NCBI GenBank assembly: GCA_963666515.2
Contig: OY762897.2
Span: 576,001-640,000, forward strand
DNA length: 64,000 bases
Source: Candidatus Binatia bacterium
GTDB taxonomy: Bacteria > Desulfobacterota > Binatia > UBA9968 > JAJDTQ01
Direction: 5' to 3'
Numbering within the stretch: position 1 is the first letter of the stretch; the number at the start of each line of letters is the position of its first letter. A model generated the notes under the pieces. It worked only from the letters and a program-made list of their open reading frames with translations. It was not told the origin of the DNA and did no database searches. The position numbers were made by a program, and so were the translations under genes. Shown piece after piece: positions 21,461-31,784 of this stretch.

Positions 21461-22702
21461 ATGACCACCGTGAATCAGGCGGTCCAGCTCGTGCTGGAGT
21501 CGGTATCGCAGTTGCCGTCCGAAAAGGTGGCGGTGGCCGACGGCCTCGGACGCGTGCTCTGCGAGGACGTCCGCTCCGGAAGGAACGTGCCCGCGTTCGC
21601 CAATTCGGCCATGGACGGGTTCGCGGTCCGGTGGGATGACTTGGCCGGTGCTGCGCCGGCCGCGCCGGTTTCGCTGAGGGTGCGCGAGGCGGTGGCCGCC
21701 GGCGCGGTGTCCCGCAAACGCGTGCTCCCGGGGACCGCCATCCGCATCATGACCGGCGCGCCGGTTCCCGCCGGCGCCGACGCCGTCGTCCGGGTCGAGT
21801 ACACCGAGACGCGCGGTGACCGCGTCGCGGTGTTCCGCGCCGACGGCAAGGGCAGTCACATCCGCCCGGCGGGGGAGGACATCCGCAAGGGCCAGTCGGT
21901 CCTGGAGCACGGCAGGGTGCTGGGGGCCGCGGACATCGGACTCATGGCCTCCATCGGCAAGGCCGCGGTGCGCGTGCGCCGTCGTCCGGTGGTGGCCATC
22001 GTCGCCACCGGCGACGAGCTGATCGGCGTCGAGGACAGGCCGGCGCGGGGAAAGGTCGTCAACAGCAACGGCTACACCCTGTCTTCGGCGGTCCGGGAGA
22101 TCGGCGCCGTGGCCAGGTCGTTCGGCATCGTGCGCGACAGCCGCAAAAGCCTTGCCGCCACCTTCAGGAAGGCGCTGGCCTGCGATGCGGTGATCACCTC
22201 CGGCGGCGTCTCCGTGGGCGACTACGATTACGTGAAGGACGCGCTCGGGGACGCCGGCGTGCGCATGCTTTTCTGGAAGGTCGCCCAGCGGCCCGGACAT
22301 CCCATGGCGTTCGGCCGCAAGGGCAAGAAACCGGTGTTCGGGCTCCCCGGCAACCCGGTGTCGTCGCTGGTGTCGTTCATCCTCTACGTCCGCCCTGCCT
22401 TGCTCAAGATGATGGGACACGAAAGCCTGTTCATGCCCGTGGTGCGCGCGAAGATGGCCCATGACGTCAGGACGGCGCCCGGTCTCACGGAATTCGTGCG
22501 GTGCCGTCTCGACGAGGAAAACGGGCGTTTCGTGGCGGCGAGCACCGGCACCCAGAGTTCCGGCGTGCTGCGGTCGCTGTCGCTGGCGCAGGCGCTCGTG
22601 GTCGCGCGCGAGGACCAGACGGTGCTGCGGAAAGGCAGCCATGTCCCCGCGATCCTGCTGGACCACCGCGCGCGATGGCTGCAAAGGGAGATGGGGTTCT
22701 GA
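21461..22702 (+). CDS. moeA: Molybdopterin molybdotransferase MoeA
   Basis: NSAMDGFAV, IMTGAPVP.GADAVV, ATGDEL, SGGVSVG.YD and FGLPGNPVSS. Confidence 0.95.
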   Translation: MTTVNQAVQLVLESVSQLPSEKVAVADGLGRVLCEDVRSGRNVPAFANSAMDGFAVRWDDLAGAAPAAPVSLRVREAVAAGAVSRKRVLPGTAIRIMTGAPVPAGADAVVRVEYTETRGDRVAVFRADGKGSHIRPAGEDIRKGQSVLEHGRVLGAADIGLMASIGKAAVRVRRRPVVAIVATGDELIGVEDRPARGKVVNSNGYTLSSAVREIGAVARSFGIVRDSRKSLAATFRKALACDAVITSGGVSVGDYDYVKDALGDAGVRMLFWKVAQRPGHPMAFGRKGKKPVFGLPGNPVSSLVSFILYVRPALLKMMGHESLFMPVVRAKMAHDVRTAPGLTEFVRCRLDEENGRFVAASTGTQSSGVLRSLSLAQALVVAREDQTVLRKGSHVPAILLDHRARWLQREMGF

Positions 22703-23184
22703 GCGCAAGCTACAGGGTTGGCCAGGGCTTCGACATCCACCGCCTCGTGCCCGGCCGGGAACTCATCCTCGGTGGCGTCCGGATTCCCCACGAGACCGGC
22801 CTGTCGGGCCATTCCGACGCCGACGTGCTGCTCCACGCGCTCATGAACGCTCTGCTCGGCGCCATGGGCAAGGGCGACATCGGGACTCATTTCCCGGATA
22901 CGGATGCGAGCTTCGAAGGGGCATCGAGCGCAAGCCTCCTCGCCCACGTCATCGGGCTCATGCGCGAGGCCGGCTTCGGCATCGTCAACGCCGACGTCAC
23001 CGTCATTGCCCAGCGTCCCAGGCTCGCTCCGCACTTCGGCGCCATCAAGGCGCGTCTGGCGGATCTCCTGGAGGCGCCGGCGGAAGTCATCAACCTGAAG
23101 GCCGGCACCATGGAAGGCCTCGGCTCCATCGGCGAGGGCCGGGCCATGGCCGCGTTGGCCGTCGTGCTGCTGCATGCGCGTTAG
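22699..23184 (+). CDS. ispF: 2-C-methyl-D-erythritol 2,4-cyclodiphosphate synthase IspF
   Basis: GQGFDIH, GHSDADVLLHA, GDIGTHFPD and NLKA.T.EGLG. The start is uncertain: CTG at 22699 overlapping the moeA stop behind AGGGAG, or ATG at 22675. Confidence 0.92.
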   Translation: MSASYRVGQGFDIHRLVPGRELILGGVRIPHETGLSGHSDADVLLHALMNALLGAMGKGDIGTHFPDTDASFEGASSASLLAHVIGLMREAGFGIVNADVTVIAQRPRLAPHFGAIKARLADLLEAPAEVINLKAGTMEGLGSIGEGRAMAALAVVLLHAR

Positions 23185-23266
23185 GGTTGGGAACCCTGCG
23201 CCGCGGGAACGTCATGCAGAAGGTTCGGAAAGGACTGTCCCGGGAACGAGGGCAGGGTTTTTTCTG

Positions 23267-23295
23267 TTGCCAACCCGACGGGCGTTGCATAAAAT
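23267..23295 (+). promoter_or_regulatory. sigma70 promoter for acs (TTGCCA-17-TAAAAT)
   Basis: Good -35/-10 match with 17-bp spacer, 42 bp before the ATG. Confidence 0.6.
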
Positions 23296-23337
23296 CCGTT
23301 GGCCGTTGAGGACCGAAGTCCGCTCCAAGGAGGGATC

Positions 23338-25284
23338 ATGGCAGACGACGCAATCGAAGTCCTGTTGGAAGAAGGAAGGACCTTTCCGCCGCCGGACGAG
23401 TTCAAGCAGTCTGGAAACCTCAACGACCCCGCGGTGTGGGAAAAGGCCGAAAAGGACCCGGAGGGGTTCTGGGCCGAGCAGGCGCAAGGGCTCGACTGGT
23501 TCAAGACCTGGGACAAGGTGCTGGAGTGGGACTGTCCGTGGGCCAAGTGGTTCATCGGCGGCAAGCTCAACGTCTCCTACAACTGCCTGGACCGGCACGT
23601 CCAGACCGCGCGCAAGAACAAGGCGGCCATCATCTGGGAAGGGGAGCCCGGGGACGAACGGGTGCTGACCTACCGGGACGTCTGGCGCGAGGTCAACAAG
23701 TTCGCCAACGTGCTCAAGAAGCTCGGAGTGCGGAAGGGTGACCGCGTGGCCCTCTACCTCGGCATGGTGCCGGAGCTGCTGATCGCCATGCACGCGTGCA
23801 ACCGCATCGGCGCGGTGCACAGCGTCGTGTTCGGCGGCTTCAGCGCCGAGTCCTTGAGCGACCGCATCAACGACGCCTCGGCCAAGGTGCTGGTCACGGG
23901 CGACGGCGGCTACCGGCGGGGCGGCATCGTCCCCCTGAAGAAGAACGCCGACGAGGCCGTCGAAAACTCACCCTCCATCGAGAACGTGGTGGTGGTGGAG
24001 CGCGTGGGCAGCGAGTCCGGCGCGGTCATGAAGGAGGGCCGGGACCACTGGTGGCACGAGCTGATGGCCGACGCGCCGCTGTGGTGCGAGCCCGAGCAGA
24101 TGGACAGCGAGGACATGCTGTTCAGCCTCTACACCAGCGGCACCACCGGCAAGCCCAAGGGCATCGTCCACACCACCGCGGGCTACCTGCTGGGCGTCTA
24201 CCTGGCCAACAAGTGGGTCTTCGACATGAAGGAGGACGACGTCTTCTGGTGCGCCGCGGACATCGGCTGGGTCACCGGCCACACCCACATCGTCTACGGC
24301 CCCATGGCCAACGGCGTGACCCAGGTGATGTACGAGGGCACCCCCGACTGGCCGGACAAGGACCGCCTGTGGCGCATGGTGGAGAAGTACGGCGTCACCA
24401 TCTTCCACACCGCGCCCACGGCCATCCGCACCTTCATGCGCTGGGGGACGGAGTTCCCGGCCGGCCACGACCTGAGCAGCCTGAGGCTCCTGGGCTCGGT
24501 GGGAGAGCCCATCAACCCCGAGGCGTGGATGTGGTACCACGAGCACATCGGCCACCAGAAGTGCCCGATCATGGACACCTGGTGGCAGACCGAGACCGGA
24601 CACCCGCTGATCACGCCGTTCCCGGGCGTGACGACGTTGAAGCCCGCGTCCGCCACCAAGCCGTTCCCGGGCGTCGAGGCGGACATCGTGGACGAGCAGG
24701 GCAACTCGGTGCCGCTGGGCGGCGGCGGATACCTGGTGCTGAAGCGGCCGTGGCCGGCCATGCTGCGCACCGTGTTCAACGACCCTGACCGGTACGTGGA
24801 GACCTACTGGAGCCGATTCCCCGGCATGTACTTTGCCGGCGACGGCGCCAAGCGCGACCAGGACGGCTACTTCTGGCTACTGGGCCGGGTGGACGACGTC
24901 ATGAACGTCTCGGGGCACCGCATCAGCACCATGGAGGTGGAGAGCGCCCTGGTGGACCACCAGGCGGTGGCGGAGGCCGCGGTCATCGGCAAACAGCACG
25001 AGGTGAAGGGACAGGGCATCTGCGCCTTCGTGTCGCTGATCGCCGGGGTCGACAACACGCCGGAGCTGGTGGACGAGTTGCGCGCCCATGTGGCCAAGAA
25101 GATCGGTGCCATCGCCCGGCCCGACGAGCTGTACTACGCCGCCGAGCTGCCCAAGACCCGGAGCGGCAAGATCATGCGGCGCCTCTTGCGCGACATCGCC
25201 GATGGCAAGGCGCTGGGGGATACCACGACCCTGGCGGATCCGACGGTGGTGGCGAAGCTGAAGGAGCAGTACGAAGACGAATGA
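23338..25284 (+). CDS. acs: Acetyl-CoA synthetase (AMP-forming)
   Basis: [35 protein letters not shown] and [21 protein letters not shown]. Confidence 0.96.
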   Translation: MADDAIEVLLEEGRTFPPPDEFKQSGNLNDPAVWEKAEKDPEGFWAEQAQGLDWFKTWDKVLEWDCPWAKWFIGGKLNVSYNCLDRHVQTARKNKAAIIWEGEPGDERVLTYRDVWREVNKFANVLKKLGVRKGDRVALYLGMVPELLIAMHACNRIGAVHSVVFGGFSAESLSDRINDASAKVLVTGDGGYRRGGIVPLKKNADEAVENSPSIENVVVVERVGSESGAVMKEGRDHWWHELMADAPLWCEPEQMDSEDMLFSLYTSGTTGKPKGIVHTTAGYLLGVYLANKWVFDMKEDDVFWCAADIGWVTGHTHIVYGPMANGVTQVMYEGTPDWPDKDRLWRMVEKYGVTIFHTAPTAIRTFMRWGTEFPAGHDLSSLRLLGSVGEPINPEAWMWYHEHIGHQKCPIMDTWWQTETGHPLITPFPGVTTLKPASATKPFPGVEADIVDEQGNSVPLGGGGYLVLKRPWPAMLRTVFNDPDRYVETYWSRFPGMYFAGDGAKRDQDGYFWLLGRVDDVMNVSGHRISTMEVESALVDHQAVAEAAVIGKQHEVKGQGICAFVSLIAGVDNTPELVDELRAHVAKKIGAIARPDELYYAAELPKTRSGKIMRRLLRDIADGKALGDTTTLADPTVVAKLKEQYEDE

Positions 25285-25311
25285 CCCAAGGACCTGGACG
25301 GCAATGAACCC

Positions 25312-25335
25312 GTAGGGGCGACCCGCGGTCGCCCC
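25312..25335. repeat. GTAG-type REP-like palindrome
   Basis: GTAG-GGGCGACC-cgc-GGTCGCCC between the convergent acs and amidohydrolase genes. Confidence 0.65.
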
Positions 25336-25344
25336 CTGTGCACG

Positions 25345-26808
25345 TCATCCGAACACGCGAAAATACATCTCCGCCAGCGACGGCTCCATGACCGCGGCGT
25401 CCTGCATTTCCTTGCGGATGGCGGGGCGCAGGGGGTCGTAAAGGCGGCTCACCTCGGCCAAGATGTCGGCTTCGTCCATTTTCGTGAGGCGGCCGCCTTC
25501 CACCACTACCTCCCCGTTCACCAGCACCGTGTCCACAGAGCTGCCGTTCTCGCAGAACACGAGTTGGGTCGTCACATCGTTCAGCGGCGTGAACGCGGGC
25601 GTGTCGCGTTTCAGCAGGACGATGTCGGCGAGACGGCCCGGCTCCAGCGCGCCGCAGTCGAGGCCGAAGGCTCGCGCGCCCCAACGGGTAGTCATGGACA
25701 GGGCCTGCCGGGCGGTGATCCAGTGGTTGAAGTCATGGTCGCGGGTGTTGTGGATCAGCGCCGCCAGCCGCATGGCGTCGAACATGTTCTGGCTGTCATT
25801 GGAGCAGGCGCCGTCGGCGCCTAGCGCCACCCGGCCGCCCGCGGCCAGGAAGTCGGGTATCGGCGCCAGGCCGCTGCCGAGGCGGAGGTTGCTGGCCGGG
25901 TTGTGCACCGGTGTTGCACCGCGCTCGACGATGATTTCCACGTCTTCGGGCTCGATCCACAGAGAATGGGCCGTGGAAAGGTTGGGTCTGACCACGCCGA
26001 GGTCGTCCAGGTGCTTCAAAAGGGTCGTTCCGTAGAGCTTCGGCCCCATGAGCGACTGGGACTTGGTCTCGGCGAGATGGATGTGCAGGGGCAGTCCGCG
26101 CTTTTCCGAGATGGTGGCGACGCTCTGAAGCAATTCATCGGTGCAGCGCTGCACCGCGGAAGGCCCGGGGCAGCAGGTCGTCAGCCCATCGGGGTCGTGC
26201 AGCTCATCAATGAAGGCTTCGATCTCGTCGAGCCAGGCCCGGGTGTCCTTGGTCTCGGCGCCGGTCATCCGGCTCACTTCGGCGCTGGTCTCTTCCTTGG
26301 GCGCCTCGATGGGGATGGTGGCCTCGTAAGGCCGGTCGGTGACTGTCAGGGCCACCACGTGCCGCAACCCCAGGTCGCGCATGGCGCGGATCGCCTCGCC
26401 GGCGCCTGTATAGCGGCTGTTCTGGTTGCCGAAGAAATGGTCCATGTTGGTGGTGCATCCGGTCTTGAGCATTTCCATGGCCCCCAGCAGGGCGCTGATA
26501 TAGAACATCTCGTCGCCGCAGGCCCTCAAGGCGGCGCGCCAGTACGCACGCCAGATTTCCAGCGGACGCGCGGGCATCAAGCCGCGGAAGATGTTGGCGG
26601 GCGAGTGGTTGTGGGCGTCGACGAGTCCCGGAATCGCGATGAAGCGGCTGCCGTCGATGGTTCGGTCGAAGTCCTCCCGCGGGCGGGCGGCAGCCGGTCC
26701 CACGTACCGCAGGCGATTGCCGTCGATGACCAGGGAGCCGTCCTCGATCACTTCGTCCCGTTCGTTCATGGTCACGATCAGGGCATGCTCGATCAGTTGT
26801 TTCATCAT
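25345..26808 (-). CDS. Metal-dependent amidohydrolase (Atz/Trz/MtaD deaminase-like)
   Basis: PGLVDAHNH, HIHLAE, AHS, HNPASNLRLGSG, GADG and GRLADIV. Confidence 0.88.
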   Translation of the reverse strand: MMKQLIEHALIVTMNERDEVIEDGSLVIDGNRLRYVGPAAARPREDFDRTIDGSRFIAIPGLVDAHNHSPANIFRGLMPARPLEIWRAYWRAALRACGDEMFYISALLGAMEMLKTGCTTNMDHFFGNQNSRYTGAGEAIRAMRDLGLRHVVALTVTDRPYEATIPIEAPKEETSAEVSRMTGAETKDTRAWLDEIEAFIDELHDPDGLTTCCPGPSAVQRCTDELLQSVATISEKRGLPLHIHLAETKSQSLMGPKLYGTTLLKHLDDLGVVRPNLSTAHSLWIEPEDVEIIVERGATPVHNPASNLRLGSGLAPIPDFLAAGGRVALGADGACSNDSQNMFDAMRLAALIHNTRDHDFNHWITARQALSMTTRWGARAFGLDCGALEPGRLADIVLLKRDTPAFTPLNDVTTQLVFCENGSSVDTVLVNGEVVVEGGRLTKMDEADILAEVSRLYDPLRPAIRKEMQDAAVMEPSLAEMYFRVFG

Positions 26809-26829
26809 AACCGCCTTTCCGGCTGGGTA

Positions 26830-27279
26830 CTACATGGCGACCCGGCGTAGCGCGAGGCCCAGGAGGAGCACGGTGATCCCCAGGACCGCGTTGACTACCA
26901 GCAGGCGCATCCACGGATTGCGGCCGTCGAGCGGGCGTTCCGGGGAGAGATCGTAGCGGAAGGCCTGGAGGCCGTGGTTCAGCATCATCGCCGCCGTCAG
27001 CAAGGATTTCGCCGCCAGGACCAGAAAGGCGCCGGAGCCCGGCGCGAGTTGGGCCGCGTTCTCCGAAAGGAGCAACCCGCCGACGCCCGACAGCACCGCC
27101 AACGGCGCCGCGGCGCCCGCCACCGCATTCAGGCCGCGGGCGGCCCGGCGCATGACCTCGAGCCTCTTCCCGGCTGGGAGCGAACGGCTCGCCGGCCACA
27201 CCATGCCCAGCACGAACAGGGTGGCGCTCAACCAGACGCTGAAGGACAGGATATGCACCCAGGGCACGAAGATATCCAA
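26830..27279 (-). CDS. 4-TM membrane protein, CopD-like
   Basis: TTG start behind GAAGGA. H..S..VW in TM1 and L..K in TM3, with a His after TM3. Transcribed divergently from the cox operon. Confidence 0.55.
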   Translation of the reverse strand: MDIFVPWVHILSFSVWLSATLFVLGMVWPASRSLPAGKRLEVMRRAARGLNAVAGAAAPLAVLSGVGGLLLSENAAQLAPGSGAFLVLAAKSLLTAAMMLNHGLQAFRYDLSPERPLDGRNPWMRLLVVNAVLGITVLLLGLALRRVAM

Positions 27280-27458
27280 GGTATTTCCTTCTTCGCCGCG
27301 ACACCTCGCGGCGCCCTCTCCGGGTATATATCGGACCGTCGCGGCAGCCGCTACTCGACTGATTTCGCAGGTTTCCCCGCCGGTCCGGTCACCCTTGATA
27401 CGCCAAGGGACTTGTGTTAGCAAAGAGCGAATTCCACGAGGAGGGTGTCGAACCTGCC

Positions 27459-28118
27459 ATGATGCATTGGTTGCCCGAGAACGTGTCCACTTACGGTGGT
27501 CAGATCGACTACCTGTTCTATCTCATCTACTACATCACCGCGGCCGCTCTGATCATCGTCACGGTCGTGATGGTGGCCTTCCTCATCATGTACCGCCAGA
27601 GGGAGGGCCGGAAAGCCGTGTACTCGCACGGCAACACCGCCCTCGAGGTCACCTGGACGGTGGTTCCCGCGGTCATCCTCCTCATGCTCTCCTTCATGAG
27701 CATCTCCACCTGGGGGGAGATCAAGATATACGCCCCGCCCGCGGAGTACGAAGTGAGGGTCGTCGGCAAGCAGTTCAACTGGGACGTGTTCCATCCCGGT
27801 CCCGACGGCAAGCTGGGCACCAAGGACGACATCAAGATCGAGAACGAGCTGCACGTCCCGGTGGACAAGGTCGTGCACGTCCAGCTCCAGGCGTCGGACG
27901 TGATCCACAGCTTCTTCGTGCCCCAGTTCCGGGTCAAGCAGGACGCCGTCCCCGGACGCAACATCCTGGTGTGGTTCGAGGTCACCAAGCCCGGCAAGTA
28001 CGAGCTTCCGTGCGCCGAGCTTTGCGGCTTCGGCCACTCCGGCATGCTCGGGTGGGTGTTCGCCCACACGCCGGAAGAGTACGAGACATTCCTCAAGGAA
28101 AACCAGAATCAGGGCTGA
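27459..28118 (+). CDS. coxB: Cytochrome c oxidase subunit II
   Basis: Two TM helices (LEVTWT) and CuA motifs DVIHSF and CAELCGFGHSGM. Confidence 0.95.
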   Translation: MMHWLPENVSTYGGQIDYLFYLIYYITAAALIIVTVVMVAFLIMYRQREGRKAVYSHGNTALEVTWTVVPAVILLMLSFMSISTWGEIKIYAPPAEYEVRVVGKQFNWDVFHPGPDGKLGTKDDIKIENELHVPVDKVVHVQLQASDVIHSFFVPQFRVKQDAVPGRNILVWFEVTKPGKYELPCAELCGFGHSGMLGWVFAHTPEEYETFLKENQNQG

Positions 28119-28187
28119 TCCCGCCCGCTCGCGGACGAAAGCCGTTCAAGGGAGCGCGTCCGTGAAGGCGGAGGAGGAACATCAAGG

Positions 28188-29930
28188 ATGAGCGAAGCAG
28201 CGGCATCGGCACATGCCGATCACGGAGCCCACGGGCCTGCGGGCTTCTGGTCACACTACGTCTTCTCGACCGATCACAAGATGATCGGGCGGCAGTTCCT
28301 GTTTCTGGGGCTGTTCATGCTGATCATCGGCGGGATTCTCGCCATGCTGATCCGCTGGCAGCTCGCGTGGCCGGAGACCGAGGTGCCGGGGCTGGGCTGG
28401 GTGCCCGAGCCCACCATGTACGAAGGGATCATTCCGCCCAGCACCTACAACATGCTGTTCACCATGCACGCCACCATCATGATCTTCTTCGTGGTGATGC
28501 CCATCATGGTGGGCGGCTTCGGCAACTTCCTGATCCCGATCATGATCGGCGCCAAGGACATGGCGTTCCCGGTGCTCAACATGCTCTCCTTCTGGGTCGG
28601 AGCGGTAGCCGGCGTGCTCATGGTCGCGAGCTTCTTCGTGGTCGGCGGCGCGGCCTCCGGGGGATGGACGTCCTACACCCCGCTCACCGGGGCGGCTGTC
28701 TACACCGGGGTCAACTGGGGCATCAACCTGTGGGTGCTGAGCCTGTTCGTGCTGGCCTTCTCCTCGCTCATGGGCTCCATCAACTACATCACCACCATCA
28801 TCAACATGAGGGCGCCGGGCATGACCTACTTCCGCATGCCGTTGTCCCTCTGGTCCCTGTTCATCACCGCGATCCTGCTGCTGCTGGCGCTGCCGGTGCT
28901 CACCGCGGCCCTGGGCATGCTCTTCTTCGACCGCGTGTTCGCCACCAACTTCTTCCTGCCCGCGGGCGGCATGCCGCTCCTGTGGCAGCACCTGTTCTGG
29001 TTCTTCGGCCACCCCGAGGTCTACATCCTGGTGCTTCCCGCCATGGGGGTGACCTCCGATATCCTGTCGGTGTTCTCGCGCAAGCCCATCTTCGGGTACC
29101 GGGCCATGGCCTACTCCATGATCGCCATCGCCTTCCTCTCGTGGATCGTGTGGGGCCACCACATGTTCGTCAGCGGCATGAACCCGCTGCTGGGGACTGC
29201 GTTCATGCTCACCACCATGGTGATCGCGGTGCCGTCGGCCATCAAGACCTTCAACTGGCTGGGCACGCTGTGGGGCGGCTCCATCCGCTTCACCGTGCCG
29301 CTGCTCTTCGCCATCGGCTTCGTCTCCAACTTCGTCATCGGCGGCCTGAGCGGCGTCTTCATGGCGTCCACCCCGGTGGACATCTTCATCCACGACACCT
29401 ACTTCATCGTGGCGCACTTCCACTACGTGGTGGCCGGCATCATCTTCGCCATGTTCGCCGCCATCTACTTCTGGTTCCCGAAGATGTTCGGGCGCAAGAC
29501 AAACCACCTGTGGGGCGTGGTGCACTTCATCGGCACCTACGTGTTCTTCAACCTGACCTTCTTCCCCATGCATTTCCTGGGCGTGGGCGGCCACATGCGG
29601 CGCATCTACAACCCCCAGCAGTACGAGTACCTGGAACAGTTCGGGGACATGAACGTGTTCATCACCATCAGCGCGTTCTGCCTGGCGGTGTCCCAGATAC
29701 CGTTCGTGGTGAACTTCATCTACAGCCTGTTCGCCGGCGAGAAGGCGTCCGAGAACCCCTGGGAGGCCAACACGCTGGAATGGTCGGCGCCGTCTCCGCC
29801 GCCGCACGGCAACTTCGCGGCCACGCCGCAGGTCTACCGCGGCCCGTATGAGTACAGCGTTCCGGGGGTGGAGGAAGACTGGCTGCCCCAGGACCGGCCG
29901 CTCGGCGCCGCCGCTGCAACCGGTCATTGA
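28188..29930 (+). CDS. coxA: Cytochrome c oxidase subunit I (type A1)
   Basis: TDHK, TMHAT, DMAFP (D-channel), FGHPEVY, WGHHM, AVPSAIK (K-channel) and AHFHY. Confidence 0.97.
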   Translation: MSEAAASAHADHGAHGPAGFWSHYVFSTDHKMIGRQFLFLGLFMLIIGGILAMLIRWQLAWPETEVPGLGWVPEPTMYEGIIPPSTYNMLFTMHATIMIFFVVMPIMVGGFGNFLIPIMIGAKDMAFPVLNMLSFWVGAVAGVLMVASFFVVGGAASGGWTSYTPLTGAAVYTGVNWGINLWVLSLFVLAFSSLMGSINYITTIINMRAPGMTYFRMPLSLWSLFITAILLLLALPVLTAALGMLFFDRVFATNFFLPAGGMPLLWQHLFWFFGHPEVYILVLPAMGVTSDILSVFSRKPIFGYRAMAYSMIAIAFLSWIVWGHHMFVSGMNPLLGTAFMLTTMVIAVPSAIKTFNWLGTLWGGSIRFTVPLLFAIGFVSNFVIGGLSGVFMASTPVDIFIHDTYFIVAHFHYVVAGIIFAMFAAIYFWFPKMFGRKTNHLWGVVHFIGTYVFFNLTFFPMHFLGVGGHMRRIYNPQQYEYLEQFGDMNVFITISAFCLAVSQIPFVVNFIYSLFAGEKASENPWEANTLEWSAPSPPPHGNFAATPQVYRGPYEYSVPGVEEDWLPQDRPLGAAAATGH

Positions 29931-29950
29931 GGCGCAGGAGAGGCAGCGGA

Positions 29951-30874
29951 ATGGCCAACGCCTGGCTCCATCGGTTGGCGCTGACCACCGCCGGGACCAC
30001 CCTGTTCCTGCTGTTCGTGGGCGCCCTCGTCACGAGCAAGGGCGTGGGTCTGGCGGTGCCGGACTGGCCCACCACCTTCGGCCACAACATGTTCCTGTTC
30101 CCCTGGGCGGGGATGGTGGGCGGCGTGTTCTACGAGCACGGCCACCGGCTGGTGGCTTCCGGCGTGGGCTTTCTCACCCTGGTGCTGGCGGTGTGCCTCT
30201 GGCTGAAGGAGCCGCGGGCGTGGCTGCGCTGGCTCGGCGCCGGCGCACTGCTGCTGGTGACGGTCCAGGGGATCGTCGGCGGACTCCGGGTGGTGCTGCT
30301 GGAACAGGATTTCGCCATCATCCACGCGGCGCTGGCCCAGGCGTTCTTCGGCCTCGTGGTGGCCATGGCGCTGTTCACCTCCCGGCCATGGTCGGAGGCA
30401 AGGACACCGGAGCCTGCGGCGGAGGGCTGGACGATGTTCCAGTGGTTCTGCCTCGCCGCCACGCTGCTGATCTACCTGCAAAGCTTGTTGGGCGCGGTCA
30501 TCCGCCACACGGGCACGGCCGTGGTCCTGCATGTCCTGATGGCGCTGGTGGTGACGGTCCAGATCGGCCTGGTGGTGATGAAGGGGCTCCGGCTCGGTGA
30601 CGGAGTGCCGGTCTTCAGAACCCTTTCGCTGGCTCTGGGGCTGCTCCTGGTGCTCCAGCTCGCGTTGGGCACGGGGTCTTTCGCGGCCCGCTTCCTGGCG
30701 TTCGGCGCCGTGTGGCAGCCGGGCGTGATCGTCGCCGTGACCACCGCGCACGTGGTGACCGGAGCGCTCATGCTGGGCTTGAGCGTAGTCATGACCCTGT
30801 GGGCGTTTCGCCTGTTCGGCGCGGGACGGCTGCCCGCGGTGGACGGAATCGTCTCCGAGAGGGCTACGGTGTGA
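29951..30874 (+). CDS. ctaA: Heme A synthase (COX15/CtaA family)
   Basis: GLAVPDWP, EHGHR, QGIVGGLRV and multiple TM His residues. Lacks the N-terminal Cys pair. Confidence 0.85.
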   Translation: MANAWLHRLALTTAGTTLFLLFVGALVTSKGVGLAVPDWPTTFGHNMFLFPWAGMVGGVFYEHGHRLVASGVGFLTLVLAVCLWLKEPRAWLRWLGAGALLLVTVQGIVGGLRVVLLEQDFAIIHAALAQAFFGLVVAMALFTSRPWSEARTPEPAAEGWTMFQWFCLAATLLIYLQSLLGAVIRHTGTAVVLHVLMALVVTVQIGLVVMKGLRLGDGVPVFRTLSLALGLLLVLQLALGTGSFAARFLAFGAVWQPGVIVAVTTAHVVTGALMLGLSVVMTLWAFRLFGAGRLPAVDGIVSERATV

Positions 30875-31773
30875 CGCTGCGGACCGAGACATACGCCGTC
30901 GGCTCGACCCACGGCCGGAAGCTGCTCGACTACCTGGAGCTGACCAAGCCGAGGCTCGTGCTGATGGTCCTCTTGACCACCCTGGTGGGCTTCTACATGG
31001 GTTCGGAGCCCGTGCCGGACTACCTCGTGCTGCTGCACGTCGTGCTCGGCACCGCGCTCGCCGCCGGCGGCACCCTGGCTCTCAATCAGTCCCTCGAACG
31101 CGACATCGACGCGGCGATGAAACGCACCCGCAACCGGCCGATCCCCGAAGGCAGGGTGCAGACGGTGGAGTGCGTCCTGTTCGGCAGCATTCTGGTGGCC
31201 TCCGGGCTGGCGTTGCTGGTCATGGCCGTCAACGTCCTCAGCGCGCTTCTGACCGCCATCATCTCCGTGACCTATCTGTTCCTCTATACGCCGTTCAAGC
31301 AGAAGTCGTCGCTGTGCAGCCTCATCGGCGCCGTCCCCGGGGCGCTGCCTCCGGTCATCGGCTGGACCGCGGCCAAGGGCACCCTCGGCCTGGAGGCCGG
31401 CATCCTGTTCGGCATACTCTACCTGTGGCAGATCCCCCACAACCTGGCCATCGCCCGGCTCTACCGCGACGATTTCCTGCGCGCCGGCATCCGTTTCCTT
31501 CCCGTCGTGGACGAGGAGGGGAGGAGCACGGGCCGCCAGGCCGTGAGCCACTGCCTGGCGTTGCTGGTGGTGAGCCTGATGCCGACGCTCACCGGTTTCG
31601 CGGGCGAGATCTACTATTTCGCGGCAATCCTGCTGGGGGCGGGATTTCTGGTTTACGCGGTGAGGCTCGCGGCCCAGAGGTCGGTGGCCAGCGCGCGGCA
31701 TCTGCTCTTTGCGTCGCTGTTCTACCTGCCGCTGCTGTTCGTGGCCATGGCTCTTGACCGGATACCGATCTAG
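30871..31773 (+). CDS. ctaB: Protoheme IX farnesyltransferase (heme O synthase)
   Basis: LTKPR, ERDIDAAMKRTRNRPIP.G, GAVPGALPPVIGW and WQIPH. GTG start overlaps the ctaA stop. Confidence 0.95.
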   Translation: MTLRTETYAVGSTHGRKLLDYLELTKPRLVLMVLLTTLVGFYMGSEPVPDYLVLLHVVLGTALAAGGTLALNQSLERDIDAAMKRTRNRPIPEGRVQTVECVLFGSILVASGLALLVMAVNVLSALLTAIISVTYLFLYTPFKQKSSLCSLIGAVPGALPPVIGWTAAKGTLGLEAGILFGILYLWQIPHNLAIARLYRDDFLRAGIRFLPVVDEEGRSTGRQAVSHCLALLVVSLMPTLTGFAGEIYYFAAILLGAGFLVYAVRLAAQRSVASARHLLFASLFYLPLLFVAMALDRIPI

Positions 31774-31784
31774 TGGCCACTAGC

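Noticed and set aside
23190-23263. AACCCTGC...GCAGGGTT stem containing AGGTTCGGAAAGGA, superficially like SRP 4.5S RNA
   Set aside because: It lacks the CAGG/AGCA symmetric loop and a paired GGAA tetraloop stem, and is too short. More likely a terminator-like structure after ispF.
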